Source of the DNA: an uncultured delta proteobacterium
GTDB lineage: Bacteria; Myxococcota_A; Polyangia; Fen-1088
NCBI GenBank assembly: GCA_963767925.1
Contig: CAVYGB010000002.1
Coordinates: 448,001-512,000 of the forward strand
Length of the DNA: 64,000 nucleotides
Direction of reading: 5' to 3'
A model generated the notes under the pieces. It was not told the DNA's origin, ran no database searches, and saw only the letters and a program-made list of their open reading frames with translations. Positions 10,668 through 19,285 of this stretch are shown here, piece by piece. Each line of letters opens with the position of its first letter. Positions within the stretch are counted from its first letter, which is position 1. The translations under genes and the position numbers were made by a program.

Positions 10668-11978
10668 TCAGCGGGGGACGATGGGGCGGGTGCAGTTGCT
10701 TACGGCGGGGATGTCTTCGAAGCGGTAGTCGCGGATGCGCCACCAGCGGGTGCTGGCTTCGGCGGTCTGGCCGGCGGCGTTGAACTGGATGAGGCCGGAG
10801 AGGCCGATGTATTCGATCTCCTGGCCTTCTTGCAGGAGGGCCAGGCCGCGGGCGATCTCGTTCCAGAGGACGACCTGGCCGCCGGGGCGGGTGACGGCGA
10901 CGATGTGGCCGGGGAGGGTGCGCTCGTCGGGGATGGCGGCTTCGCCATCCCCGACGAGCGCACCCTCCCCGTTGCCTGCAGCGCCACCCTTGCCGTCCTG
11001 GAAGAGGGCGCGTTGCAGGGCCAGGACGGCGATGACGCCGGCGTCGTAGAAGGCGTAGGCGTCGTCGAGGGGGGCGTCTTGCCAGCGGGCGGAGAAGCGT
11101 TCGCGGAAGTCGGCGGAGCCGGCGGCGGTGCCGGAGGTGACGCCGCGGGCGCCGTTGAAGGTGCCGCGGGGGATCGACTCGAGGAAGGCGGGGGTATGCA
11201 GGGTTGGCGACAGGTACCAGCGTTCGGGCTCGAGCTTGCCGAGGGCGGCCAGGGCGGAGACCAGGGATGAGGCGGAGGCGGGGGAGGCGGCCAGGATGTA
11301 AGAGTCGGCGGTGGCGGAGGTGATGCGCTGGAGGATCTGGTCGGTCGAGGCGGGATCGTTGGAGAGGATGGTCTTCGACAGGCCGTAGAGCAGGCCCAGC
11401 TCCCAGACCAGGGTGTTGTTCTGCCCGTCGGGGTTGGTGATCAGCAGCGGCTGCCGGCGGTTGTCGACGGCCTGCTGGGCCATCAGCTCGCAGGCCAGGC
11501 GGGCGGTGCTGGGGCCCATGATGAACCAGCTGGCCGGTTTCCACTTCACGTCGGAGGTGGTGTTCAAGCTGGGGAGGATGACCGTACGGTCGATCAGGGT
11601 GGCGCGCAGGTGGGCGGTGAGGTCGGTGTTGTCGGGGCCGATGAACAGCTTCACGCCGGCGGCCAGCAGCTCCTGGGCGGGGGGGCCCACCAGCTCGGCC
11701 GAGCTGCCGGTGTCGCGGGCCAGGACCTGGATCGGCTGGCCGTTCACGCCCCCTGCCTGGTTGGCGCTCTCGATGGCCAGCAGCAGGGCCCGCTCCGAGC
11801 TGATGCTGCTGGCGGCCAGGTGCCCGGAGTACGACAGCAGCAGGCCGATCGACAGCCCGCCCCCGGGCGGCCCTGCCTGCTGCTGGCAGGCGCCCAGCAC
11901 GAGCAGCGCGGCCAGGGCGATCGCCGTCAGGGCCGCCTTGAGCCCCGCCGCGCCCGACCGCACCCCCACGCGCCCCAC
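10668..11978 (-). CDS. ABC-type periplasmic substrate-binding lipoprotein (branched-chain amino acid binding family)
   Basis: IGLLLSYSG, ANQAGGVNGQPI, AFYDAG, EYIGLSGLIQFNAAG motifs; lipobox LGAC. Confidence 0.85.
   Translation of the reverse strand: MGRVGVRSGAAGLKAALTAIALAALLVLGACQQQAGPPGGGLSIGLLLSYSGHLAASSISSERALLLAIESANQAGGVNGQPIQVLARDTGSSAELVGPPAQELLAAGVKLFIGPDNTDLTAHLRATLIDRTVILPSLNTTSDVKWKPASWFIMGPSTARLACELMAQQAVDNRRQPLLITNPDGQNNTLVWELGLLYGLSKTILSNDPASTDQILQRITSATADSYILAASPASASSLVSALAALGKLEPERWYLSPTLHTPAFLESIPRGTFNGARGVTSGTAAGSADFRERFSARWQDAPLDDAYAFYDAGVIAVLALQRALFQDGKGGAAGNGEGALVGDGEAAIPDERTLPGHIVAVTRPGGQVVLWNEIARGLALLQEGQEIEYIGLSGLIQFNAAGQTAEASTRWWRIRDYRFEDIPAVSNCTRPIVPR
10910..10971. 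repeat. Perfect inverted repeat (29-bp arms, 4-nt loop) inside the binding-protein CDS
   Basis: CGGGGAGGGTGCGCTCGTCGGGGATGGCG-GCTT-CGCCATCCCCGACGAGCGCACCCTCCCCG read directly. Confidence 0.95.
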
Positions 11979-12053
11979 ATGTGATACATCGACCCCTCCC
12001 GGGCGGACCTTGAGCGGCGCGGTCTCCTGGAGCGCCGCACGGTTGGCCGAGCG

Positions 12054-12757
12054 GCCGGAGACCCCTCACCCCTCCCTCTCCCCGCTGCCGCGGGGCGAGG
12101 GCGAACGGTCACGGCGGTGCACAGATCTCCGGCCAATCCGCCGTCAGGCACCTCTCGGAGGATGACCGGCGCCGGAGACCCCTCACCCCTCCCTCTCCCC
12201 GCTGCCGCGGGGCGAGGGCGAACGGTCACGGCGGTGCACAGATCTCCGGCCAATCCGCGCGTCAGGCACCTCTCGGAGGATGACCGGCGCCGGAGACCCC
12301 TCACCCCTCCCTCTCCCCGCTGCCGCGGGGCGAGGGCGAACGGTCACGGCGGTGCACAGATCTCCGGCCAATCCGCCATCAGGCACCACTCGGAGGATGA
12401 CCGGCGCCGGAGACCCCTCACCCCTCCCTCTCCCCGCTGCCGCGGGGCGAGGGCGAACGGTCACGGCGGTGCACAGATCTCCGGCCAATCCGCGCGTCAG
12501 GCACCTCTCGGAGGATGACCGGCGCCGGAGACCCCTCACCCCTCCCTCTCCCCGCTGCCGCGGGGCGAGGGCGAACGGTCACGGCGGTGCACAGATCTCC
12601 GGCCAATCCGCCGTCAGGCACCACTCGGAGGATGACCGGCGCCGGAGACCCCTCACCCCTCCCTCTCCCCGCTGCCGCGGGGCGAGGGCGAACGGTCACG
12701 GCGGTGCACAGATCTCCGGCCAATCCGCCGTCAGGCACCACTCGGAGGATGACCGGC
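12054..12757. repeat. Tandem array, 6 units of 117/118 bp, each with a BoxC/REP-like palindrome
   Basis: Units start at 12054, 12171, 12289, 12406, 12524, 12641; core CCCCTCACCCCTCCCTCTCCCCGCTGCCGCGGGGCGAGGGCGAAC. Confidence 0.97.
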
Positions 12758-12760
12758 CCG

Positions 12761-15262
12761 TCAGTAACTGACGCGGAGGCCGGCCTGGCCGAGGATGCCG
12801 GCCTGGGGGACGCGGGGGGCGGCTTGCTGGCTCACGGGGCCGCCAGGGCGGTAGTAGTGGCGGTCGAGCACGTTCTGGACGCGGGCCCAGATCTGGAAGT
12901 TGTCGGTCTCCCAGACTGCCGAGACGTTGAGCAGGAAAAACGGGGGCAGGCCGGTCGCCACAAGGTTCGAGTCGCCGACGTCGGTGCGCATGCGGGTGCG
13001 GCTGTACCAGACCGCGGTGGGGACCACGAACAGGCGGCGCAGGGGCTGGAGCTGGAAGCCGCCCTTGATCTGGTGGGCGGCCTGGTTGGCGAGGTAGTCG
13101 GTGGTGCTGCCGGTGCCGGTGCGGGTCGGCGTCTCGATCTGGCGGCCCAGGGCCAGGGCGTAGCTGGCCCAGGGGCGCAGCCACTCGCCGATGTCGGCGG
13201 TCAGCACCACCTCGCCGCCGTAGGCCCGCACCTTGCCCCCGTTTTCGCTGGTCAAGATGTTGAGCCCCCGCGGGATTGTGAGAGCAGGCAGGTCGGGGAA
13301 GGCGGGTGTGTAGGGCACGTCGACCAGGGTGGTCAGCCGCCGCTGCCGCAGCAGATAGTTGTCGTTGGCGGTGTGGAAGGCCGAGACGTCGAGCAGCAGG
13401 CGCTTTTGCAGCAGCACCGCCGCGACGCCGAGCTCGAGGGTGAGGTAGTCCTCCGGGCGCAGCTCGGTGTTGGGGATGGCGCCGATGGTGTCGGTGCCGG
13501 GGAAGGCCTTGTTGTTGAACCCCTCGAACTGATAGGCGGGGGCGGGCACCAGGTAGGCCCGGGCGGCGCTGGCCCGGAAGGTGAAATCGTCGATGGGCGA
13601 GACGGTGATCCCCACCCGCGGGTTGAAGGCCGGCTTGTAGTGCCAGACCTTGTCGACGCTGATCCCCGCCACCAGGTTGACCCGCTCGAAGGCCTCGTAC
13701 TGGGCCTGGAAGTAGCCGCCGAGGGCGTGGAAGTTCACCTCGCCGTTGGGGACCGCCGGGTTGGTCTGGTAGGTGAGCGGGTAACGCAGGTTGGCCGGCT
13801 GGCCGGTGACAGTGGAGATCTTGGTGAGGCTGTAGATGTCCTCGAAGCGGAAGCCCAGCACGAGCTGCAGCTTGTGGCCCAGGGGGCTGCTGGTGTGGAC
13901 CAGCTCCTGCGCGGCACCCATGCGGATGCTGCGGAACATCTTGTAGTCCTTGCGGGTGTAGCTCATGCCCGCGTCGAAGAAGTTGTTGATGAACTGGGTC
14001 TTGGGGTCGCACTGCTGGTGGGTGTAGGTCAGCAGGGTGCGCAGCACGAGCTGGTGGCTCAGCGCCAGCTCGTGGGTCAGGCCGACGTTGTCCTGGTACC
14101 AGGCCCACGTGTTCTCCTTCGAGAACTCGAACAGCGGCGGCAGAAAGCCCATCGCCGACTGCTCCTCGCTGTAGATGCGCAGGTAGTGCAGGCGGGTCTC
14201 CGCCCCCAGGTTGGCCAGCACGGCCAGGTGGTACGAGATCGAGGGCGCCTCCCAGACCGGATTGCCCCGGCCATCGAGCTGGCCCCCCTGGCGCACGTAT
14301 TCGGGCGCGCGCAGCGAGGCGTAATATTCGCCGTAGTCGCGCAGGAGGTCGGGCCCGTCGCTCCGGTGAAAGGCGCCGTCGACCCGCACGTTGAGCTGGT
14401 TGATCCGGAAGCCGGTGGCCAGATCGGCCTCCACCGTGTTGTACAGGCCATAGCCGGCGGTCCCCTCGACGACGTGCCCGTCGAGATCGTTCCAGTCCTT
14501 GGGCACGATGTTGATCACCGCCGACACGGCGTCGGCGCCGTACAGGGCGGAGGCGGGGCCGTAGATCAGCTCGACCCGCTTGACGTTGGCCAGCGACCAG
14601 TTGTGCCGGCCGAAGATGAAGTCCTTGCCCTCGGGCGAGGTGATCTTGTGGCCGTTGTAAAGGACGAGGATCTTGTTGTTTTGCCAGATGCCCCGCACGA
14701 TGACGTGGGCCCCCGTCTCGGCCTCCACGTAATTCATGGTCTGCAGGCCGGGCAGGTCCTCGAGCAGCTCGATCAGGTAGCGGTAGCCGCGGCGCCGGAT
14801 CTGCTCGTCGGTCACCACCTCGACCCGGTTGGGGATCTGCAAGATCGGGGTCAACGTCTTTGTCGCGGCCTCGAGCCGCTGGTTGATGAGCTGCTCGAGC
14901 GACATGCCCGACACCACGGCCAGATCGTCGCGGGCGGGCGGGGGCCGCTCGGGCGACGGCTCCGGCTCCTCGGGGGGCAAGGCCTCGACCGGCGCGCTGG
15001 CCGGATCCTCTTCCGGGGGGGCGAGCGGGGCGACGGGGGGCGGGTCCTGGGCCCGCCGCGCAGGGAAGAGGGGCAAGCCCGGGCGCAGGTCGCTCACGAC
15101 CCGGGCCGACCGGTGATCGGGCGGCAGCGAGGACGCGGGCGTGGGGGACGCCGGATCGGGACCCTGCCCGGCGCGCGCCAGGCTGGACCCCTGCCCCAGC
15201 ACGGCGACGGCGAGGGTGCAGGCGAGCGCGTGCGCCCGGCTGCGGTCCTTTGGCGATCTCAT
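12761..15262 (-). CDS. TonB-dependent receptor
   Basis: Plug motifs LLEDLPGL, VRG, KRVELIYGPASALYGADAVSAVINIV; barrel motifs ELRPED, RVQNVLDRHY; C-terminal aromatic residue. Confidence 0.92.
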   Translation of the reverse strand: MRSPKDRSRAHALACTLAVAVLGQGSSLARAGQGPDPASPTPASSLPPDHRSARVVSDLRPGLPLFPARRAQDPPPVAPLAPPEEDPASAPVEALPPEEPEPSPERPPPARDDLAVVSGMSLEQLINQRLEAATKTLTPILQIPNRVEVVTDEQIRRRGYRYLIELLEDLPGLQTMNYVEAETGAHVIVRGIWQNNKILVLYNGHKITSPEGKDFIFGRHNWSLANVKRVELIYGPASALYGADAVSAVINIVPKDWNDLDGHVVEGTAGYGLYNTVEADLATGFRINQLNVRVDGAFHRSDGPDLLRDYGEYYASLRAPEYVRQGGQLDGRGNPVWEAPSISYHLAVLANLGAETRLHYLRIYSEEQSAMGFLPPLFEFSKENTWAWYQDNVGLTHELALSHQLVLRTLLTYTHQQCDPKTQFINNFFDAGMSYTRKDYKMFRSIRMGAAQELVHTSSPLGHKLQLVLGFRFEDIYSLTKISTVTGQPANLRYPLTYQTNPAVPNGEVNFHALGGYFQAQYEAFERVNLVAGISVDKVWHYKPAFNPRVGITVSPIDDFTFRASAARAYLVPAPAYQFEGFNNKAFPGTDTIGAIPNTELRPEDYLTLELGVAAVLLQKRLLLDVSAFHTANDNYLLRQRRLTTLVDVPYTPAFPDLPALTIPRGLNILTSENGGKVRAYGGEVVLTADIGEWLRPWASYALALGRQIETPTRTGTGSTTDYLANQAAHQIKGGFQLQPLRRLFVVPTAVWYSRTRMRTDVGDSNLVATGLPPFFLLNVSAVWETDNFQIWARVQNVLDRHYYRPGGPVSQQAAPRVPQAGILGQAGLRVSY

Positions 15263-15519
15263 CCGGTGGCTTCCTCCGTGAAGGTGAAGGTCGAGGGAAA
15301 TGGACCTGCGACGCCGGCGGAGAAGCGCACGGCGCGGGGGCCGCGCGACTTCATCACGGGGTCCGCGAACTTTCAAGGACCGGGCCTATCGTCGTGGAGG
15401 CTGGCGTACACTCGGTCGGACGCCGTCGGATTCGACCCCCCGGGCAGCGCGGCAGACCCGGCCCGGCGGCTAAGCTTGCCGGGGGGTTCGGCCGACTGTT
15501 CTGGGGTGGGGGCGGGCGC

Positions 15520-15978
15520 ATGACCGGTCAGGACGGACAGGACAGCAGCAAGGATCTGATCCTGGTCGTCGAGGACGACAACAACGACGAGTTCCTGACC
15601 CTGCGCACCTTGCGAAAGTTGAGGCTGGCCAACGAGGTCATCGTCATGCGCGACGGGGCCGAGGCGATCGACTTCCTGTTCGCCCAGGGCGCCTTCGCCG
15701 ACCGGGGCCCCGCGCCCCTGCCCCGCCTCGTGCTGCTCGACCTCAAGCTGCCCAAGCTGAGCGGCCTGGACGTGCTGCGGACCATCCGCGCCGAGCCCCG
15801 CTTCCAGGAGCTGCCGGTGGTGGTTTTCACCTCCTCCTCCGAGGACCCCGACATCGAGGCGGCCTACCAGCACGGGGCCAACAGCTACGTTACCAAGCCC
15901 GTCGACCACGAGAGCTTCATCAAGACGGTGACCAACGTGGGCCTTTACTGGATGGTCACCAACCGCATCCGCTCCTGA
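15520..15978 (+). CDS. Single-domain response regulator (Rcp1-like)
   Basis: ILVVEDD, LLDLKLPKLSG, FTSS, GANSYVTKP motifs. Confidence 0.92.
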   Translation: MTGQDGQDSSKDLILVVEDDNNDEFLTLRTLRKLRLANEVIVMRDGAEAIDFLFAQGAFADRGPAPLPRLVLLDLKLPKLSGLDVLRTIRAEPRFQELPVVVFTSSSEDPDIEAAYQHGANSYVTKPVDHESFIKTVTNVGLYWMVTNRIRS

Positions 15979-16039
15979 CCCCGGGCGACCCGACCGACCC
16001 GGTCGCCTTGCCGGCCGGATTGGTTCACCATGGACCCGG

Positions 16040-17728
16040 ATGGCGAGCCGACTGGCACGACGCGAAGGCCCGGGCGGGCGGATCGCGCGGGCGGCCCTGG
16101 TCCTGGCCCTGGCGCTCGCGGGAGCCAGCGGGTGCGCGGGACCGTTTCGCTGTCCCGCCGCCGGGGGGCCGGCCTGGCGCGAGCTCTCGAGCCAGCACTT
16201 CGCCCTGGCGACCGATCTCCCCGCCGAGGAGGCGCGCGAGGCGGTCGAGGATCTGGAGGACTTCCGGGCCACCCTCATCGCCACCGCCTGGCCCCGGCTC
16301 GAGACGCCGCCCGGGCGGGTACGGGTGGTCATCGTGGGGCGCGAGATCGACTGGCGCGCCTTCGAGGACACGCGCGATGGGTTTTACACCGATGCCCTGT
16401 TCCAGCCCTTCATCGCCCTGCGGGCGGGGGGCAGCGACACGACCCGGCTGCGCATCCGCCACGAGCTGACCCACCACCTCAGCCGGTTTCACGTGCGCAC
16501 CCAGCCCGACTGGCTGGCCGAGGGGCTGGCCACCTTCTTCGAGACGCTGGTGCACGACCGGGCCAGCGGCGAGGTCCTCATCGGGCTGCCCCAGCCGGCC
16601 CACCTGAACCTGCTGGCCCAGCAGGGCAAGCTCAAGGTGGCCGAGACCCTCGACGGCTCGCTCAAGGGCGAGGACCAGGGCGTGTTTTACGCCACGAGCT
16701 GGCTGATGGTGCACTACTTCATCAGCCGGCAGCGGGAGGCGTTCACCCGCTACATGCGCGCGCTCGACGGCGGGACCGCCGCCGACCTGGCCTGGCGGCA
16801 GAGCTTCGGGGACCTGTCGCCCGAGGTCCTGCAGGCGGAGCTGCGCGGCTACGGCCGCATCGGCCACTCCCTGGTGGTCAGCGGGCGCTACCGCCCGCCC
16901 GATCCGACAATCGCCGAGCGCCCCCTGCCCGACGCCGAGGTGCACGCCCTGCGGGCCCTGCTGCACCTGCGAGCGCTGGCCAGCGAGGCCAAGCCCGCCG
17001 CCCGCGAGCGGGCCCGGGCCGAGCTCGCCGAGGCGCTCCGGCAAGATCCCCACAACGTGCTGGCCCAGGCGGTGCGCACCTTCGCCCTCGACGAGCCGCC
17101 CGATCGGCCGGCCGCGCGCGCGCTGACCACGCAGGCGCCGGAGAGCTGGCTGGCCTGGCTGGTGCGCTACCGCGCCGAGGGGGGCACCCTGGCCACCGTC
17201 GAGGGCCGCCGGTCGGCGCTCGCCGCCGTCCGCCTCGCCGCCGCCAACCCGGCCGTCAAGCTGCCCCTGGGCCCCGCCGGACCGCTGTTCACCAGCGCCG
17301 CGCCCGAGCTGCGCGCCTGCCCCGCCACGCCGCCGCCGCCCCTGCGGGCCCACCTGCAGGCCACCCGGGGGCTGGCCGCCTGCCCCTCCGGCCCGCCGCT
17401 GTCGGCCGAAGACGCCCTGGCCGAGCTGCGGGCCATCGTCACCTCCGACGTCTCCTGGTGCTTCTTCGATCTGCCGACCTGGCGCCCGCTCACGGTGGCG
17501 ATCGACATCGACGAGCGCGGCCGCCCGGCCGCGATCTGCCTCGACCGCCCCGCGCCCGCGGCGGCAGCGCCCCCCGATCCGGCCGCCGATCCCGAGCTGG
17601 CCGCCTGCGTGACCCGGGCCCTGGCGCCGCTGGCCTTCCCCGCCCTGCCCACCTGCCCCCGCCAGCGCCTGTTCCAGCTCGCCCCCGCCACCGACGGCCA
17701 CGTCCAGGTCTTCGGCTCCGCCCGCTGA
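16040..17728 (+). CDS. Putative zinc-peptidase-like (DUF1570-like) lipoprotein
   Basis: Lipobox ASGC, HELTH and WLAEGLATFFE gluzincin-like motifs, FYATSWLMVHY. Confidence 0.7.
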   Translation: MASRLARREGPGGRIARAALVLALALAGASGCAGPFRCPAAGGPAWRELSSQHFALATDLPAEEAREAVEDLEDFRATLIATAWPRLETPPGRVRVVIVGREIDWRAFEDTRDGFYTDALFQPFIALRAGGSDTTRLRIRHELTHHLSRFHVRTQPDWLAEGLATFFETLVHDRASGEVLIGLPQPAHLNLLAQQGKLKVAETLDGSLKGEDQGVFYATSWLMVHYFISRQREAFTRYMRALDGGTAADLAWRQSFGDLSPEVLQAELRGYGRIGHSLVVSGRYRPPDPTIAERPLPDAEVHALRALLHLRALASEAKPAARERARAELAEALRQDPHNVLAQAVRTFALDEPPDRPAARALTTQAPESWLAWLVRYRAEGGTLATVEGRRSALAAVRLAAANPAVKLPLGPAGPLFTSAAPELRACPATPPPPLRAHLQATRGLAACPSGPPLSAEDALAELRAIVTSDVSWCFFDLPTWRPLTVAIDIDERGRPAAICLDRPAPAAAAPPDPAADPELAACVTRALAPLAFPALPTCPRQRLFQLAPATDGHVQVFGSAR

Positions 17729-17756
17729 GGGCGCGGCCGGCGGGCCGCTGCGAGCG

Positions 17757-17805
17757 CCCCTCACCCTTTCCCTCTCCCCGCGGCGGACCGCGGGGCGAGG
17801 GCAAA
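17757..17805. repeat. Single BoxC/REP-like element between convergent genes
   Basis: CCCCTCACCCTTTCCCTCTCCCCGCGGCGGACCGCGGGGCGAGGGCAAA. Confidence 0.9.
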
Positions 17806-17824
17806 CGGGCAGCGGAGGGGTCGG

Positions 17825-18604
17825 CTACTTGTAGTCGAGGACGACGATCTCGGCGGCGCCGGGCTTGGCGGCCTTGGCGGCGGCCAGGGTGAGGGTGTTG
17901 CCCTTGTGGCGGCGGACCTTCTTCTTGCCGGCGAGAAAGGCGTCGACCGGGGCCAGCTCCTTGATGGTGAGGACGTCGGTCTTGTAGTGCATCGGCACCA
18001 CGATCAGCCGCGGCTTGAGCTGGGCCAGCACCTTCGTCGCCTGGGCGGCGTCGATTGTGTAAAAGCCGCCCACCGGCACCAGGGCCACGTCGACCGCGCC
18101 GATCTCGGCGACCTGCTTGTCGCTCAGCAGGTGGCCCAGATCCCCGAGGTGGGCGACGCGCAGGCCGTCGACCTCGAAGAGGAAGACGGCGTTGAGCCCG
18201 CGCTTCTTCCCCTCCTCCTCGTCGTGGTAGACGCCGACCGCGCGGATGGCCACGTCCTTGATCTTCTCGTCGATCGTGTTCCAGCCCTTCTTGTCCTCGC
18301 TGAGGCCGCGCAGGATCTTGGGCTTGCCGTTCACCAGGGCGACGTTGTTGTGATCCCCGTGCTCGTGGCTCACGGTGATGGCGTCGGCGGCGAGGGCGGC
18401 CGGCGGGGTGTAGCCGATCCCCGCCGGCAGCGGATCCATCACCACGCGCGCGCCCGCCTTGCTCTCGAGCAAGAAGAAGGCCTGGCCGAACCAGGTCAGC
18501 TTGGTGGCCGGGGCCTGCGCGCGCGAGGCTGTCGCCACCACCAGCGCCATCCCGGTCAGCAGGACCGTGTAGAGGACCCGGGCCCGGATTCCGATCTTCT
18601 TCAT
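17825..18604 (-). CDS. MBL-fold metallo-hydrolase, secreted
   Basis: SHEHGDH, HLGDLGH, PVGG, PMHY motifs; signal peptide. Confidence 0.9.
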   Translation of the reverse strand: MKKIGIRARVLYTVLLTGMALVVATASRAQAPATKLTWFGQAFFLLESKAGARVVMDPLPAGIGYTPPAALAADAITVSHEHGDHNNVALVNGKPKILRGLSEDKKGWNTIDEKIKDVAIRAVGVYHDEEEGKKRGLNAVFLFEVDGLRVAHLGDLGHLLSDKQVAEIGAVDVALVPVGGFYTIDAAQATKVLAQLKPRLIVVPMHYKTDVLTIKELAPVDAFLAGKKKVRRHKGNTLTLAAAKAAKPGAAEIVVLDYK

Positions 18605-18752
18605 GGGCGCAAGCTAGCGCCGAAGCGAAAGCTTGGCTACCGCGGCTGCCGGCTTGGCCACCAGCCTGGCGCGACCGGTCAGCCCGGACGGACGAAGCAG
18701 CTCGCGAGCGAGCCCGCCGTCAGCCCTCGCCGAGCGCGGGGCCGGAGCGGGC

Positions 18753-18980
18753 TCAGCTGCGCAGCTCGGACTCGGCCTTGAACCAGTGGTCGAGGTGGCG
18801 GCCTTGCGGGCAGCCCTCTTCGAGGTAGATCAGATAGGCCCGTCGGGCCACGTCGGTCTCGGTCTGCACGACGGGCGTGGCCACCGCGCGCGAGCGCTTG
18901 GCGGCGACCGTGCGGCGGCTCTTGCGGTTGACGTTCACGGTTGTTGTGTCGGTGCTGGTGCTGTCGTTGGAGTTGGGCAT
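18753..18980 (-). CDS. DUF2934 domain protein
   Basis: VARRAYLIYLEEGCPQGRHLDHWFKAESEL matches the family pattern. Confidence 0.85.
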   Translation of the reverse strand: MPNSNDSTSTDTTTVNVNRKSRRTVAAKRSRAVATPVVQTETDVARRAYLIYLEEGCPQGRHLDHWFKAESELRS

Positions 18981-18986
18981 GCCGCC

Positions 18987-19015
18987 AACGTGCGGCCACT
19001 CGCGGCGGCTGTCAA
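18987..19015 (-). promoter_or_regulatory. Sigma70-type promoter, probably leaderless, for the DUF2934 gene
   Basis: Minus strand TTGACA-17 nt-CACGTT-6 nt-ATG. Confidence 0.55.
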
Positions 19016-19285
19016 AAAAATGCTTGACTACCCGATCGTCGACGGACGTTTGGTTACTTGTCGGAAAAACGAGGGCCCGGGCGCGACCCCGGCGTCATCT
19101 TTGCAACCCCCCCCGCCGGCACCCCCGAGAGACCTGAGGCCGGCCGCTGTCGGCGCCCGGATCCGCCCCGCCCCGCCCAAACTTCTTCCCTGCAGCGCAG
19201 ACACCCCTGAAATGGCATTCTCTCCACCTCATCAATAACCGCCGAGCTGACGATGGCTTGGCCACGCAGGATCAACCCTTTACCC

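Noticed and set aside
12054..12757. Possible CRISPR array
   Set aside because: Sequences between palindromes are near-identical rather than unique spacers, the period is too long, and no cas genes are present
12515..15523. 1002-aa plus-strand ORF and many other long shadow ORFs (e.g. 2820-5246, 5394-7799, 27959-30388, 43152-45206)
   Set aside because: Antisense or off-frame shadows of well-supported genes, expected at this GC content
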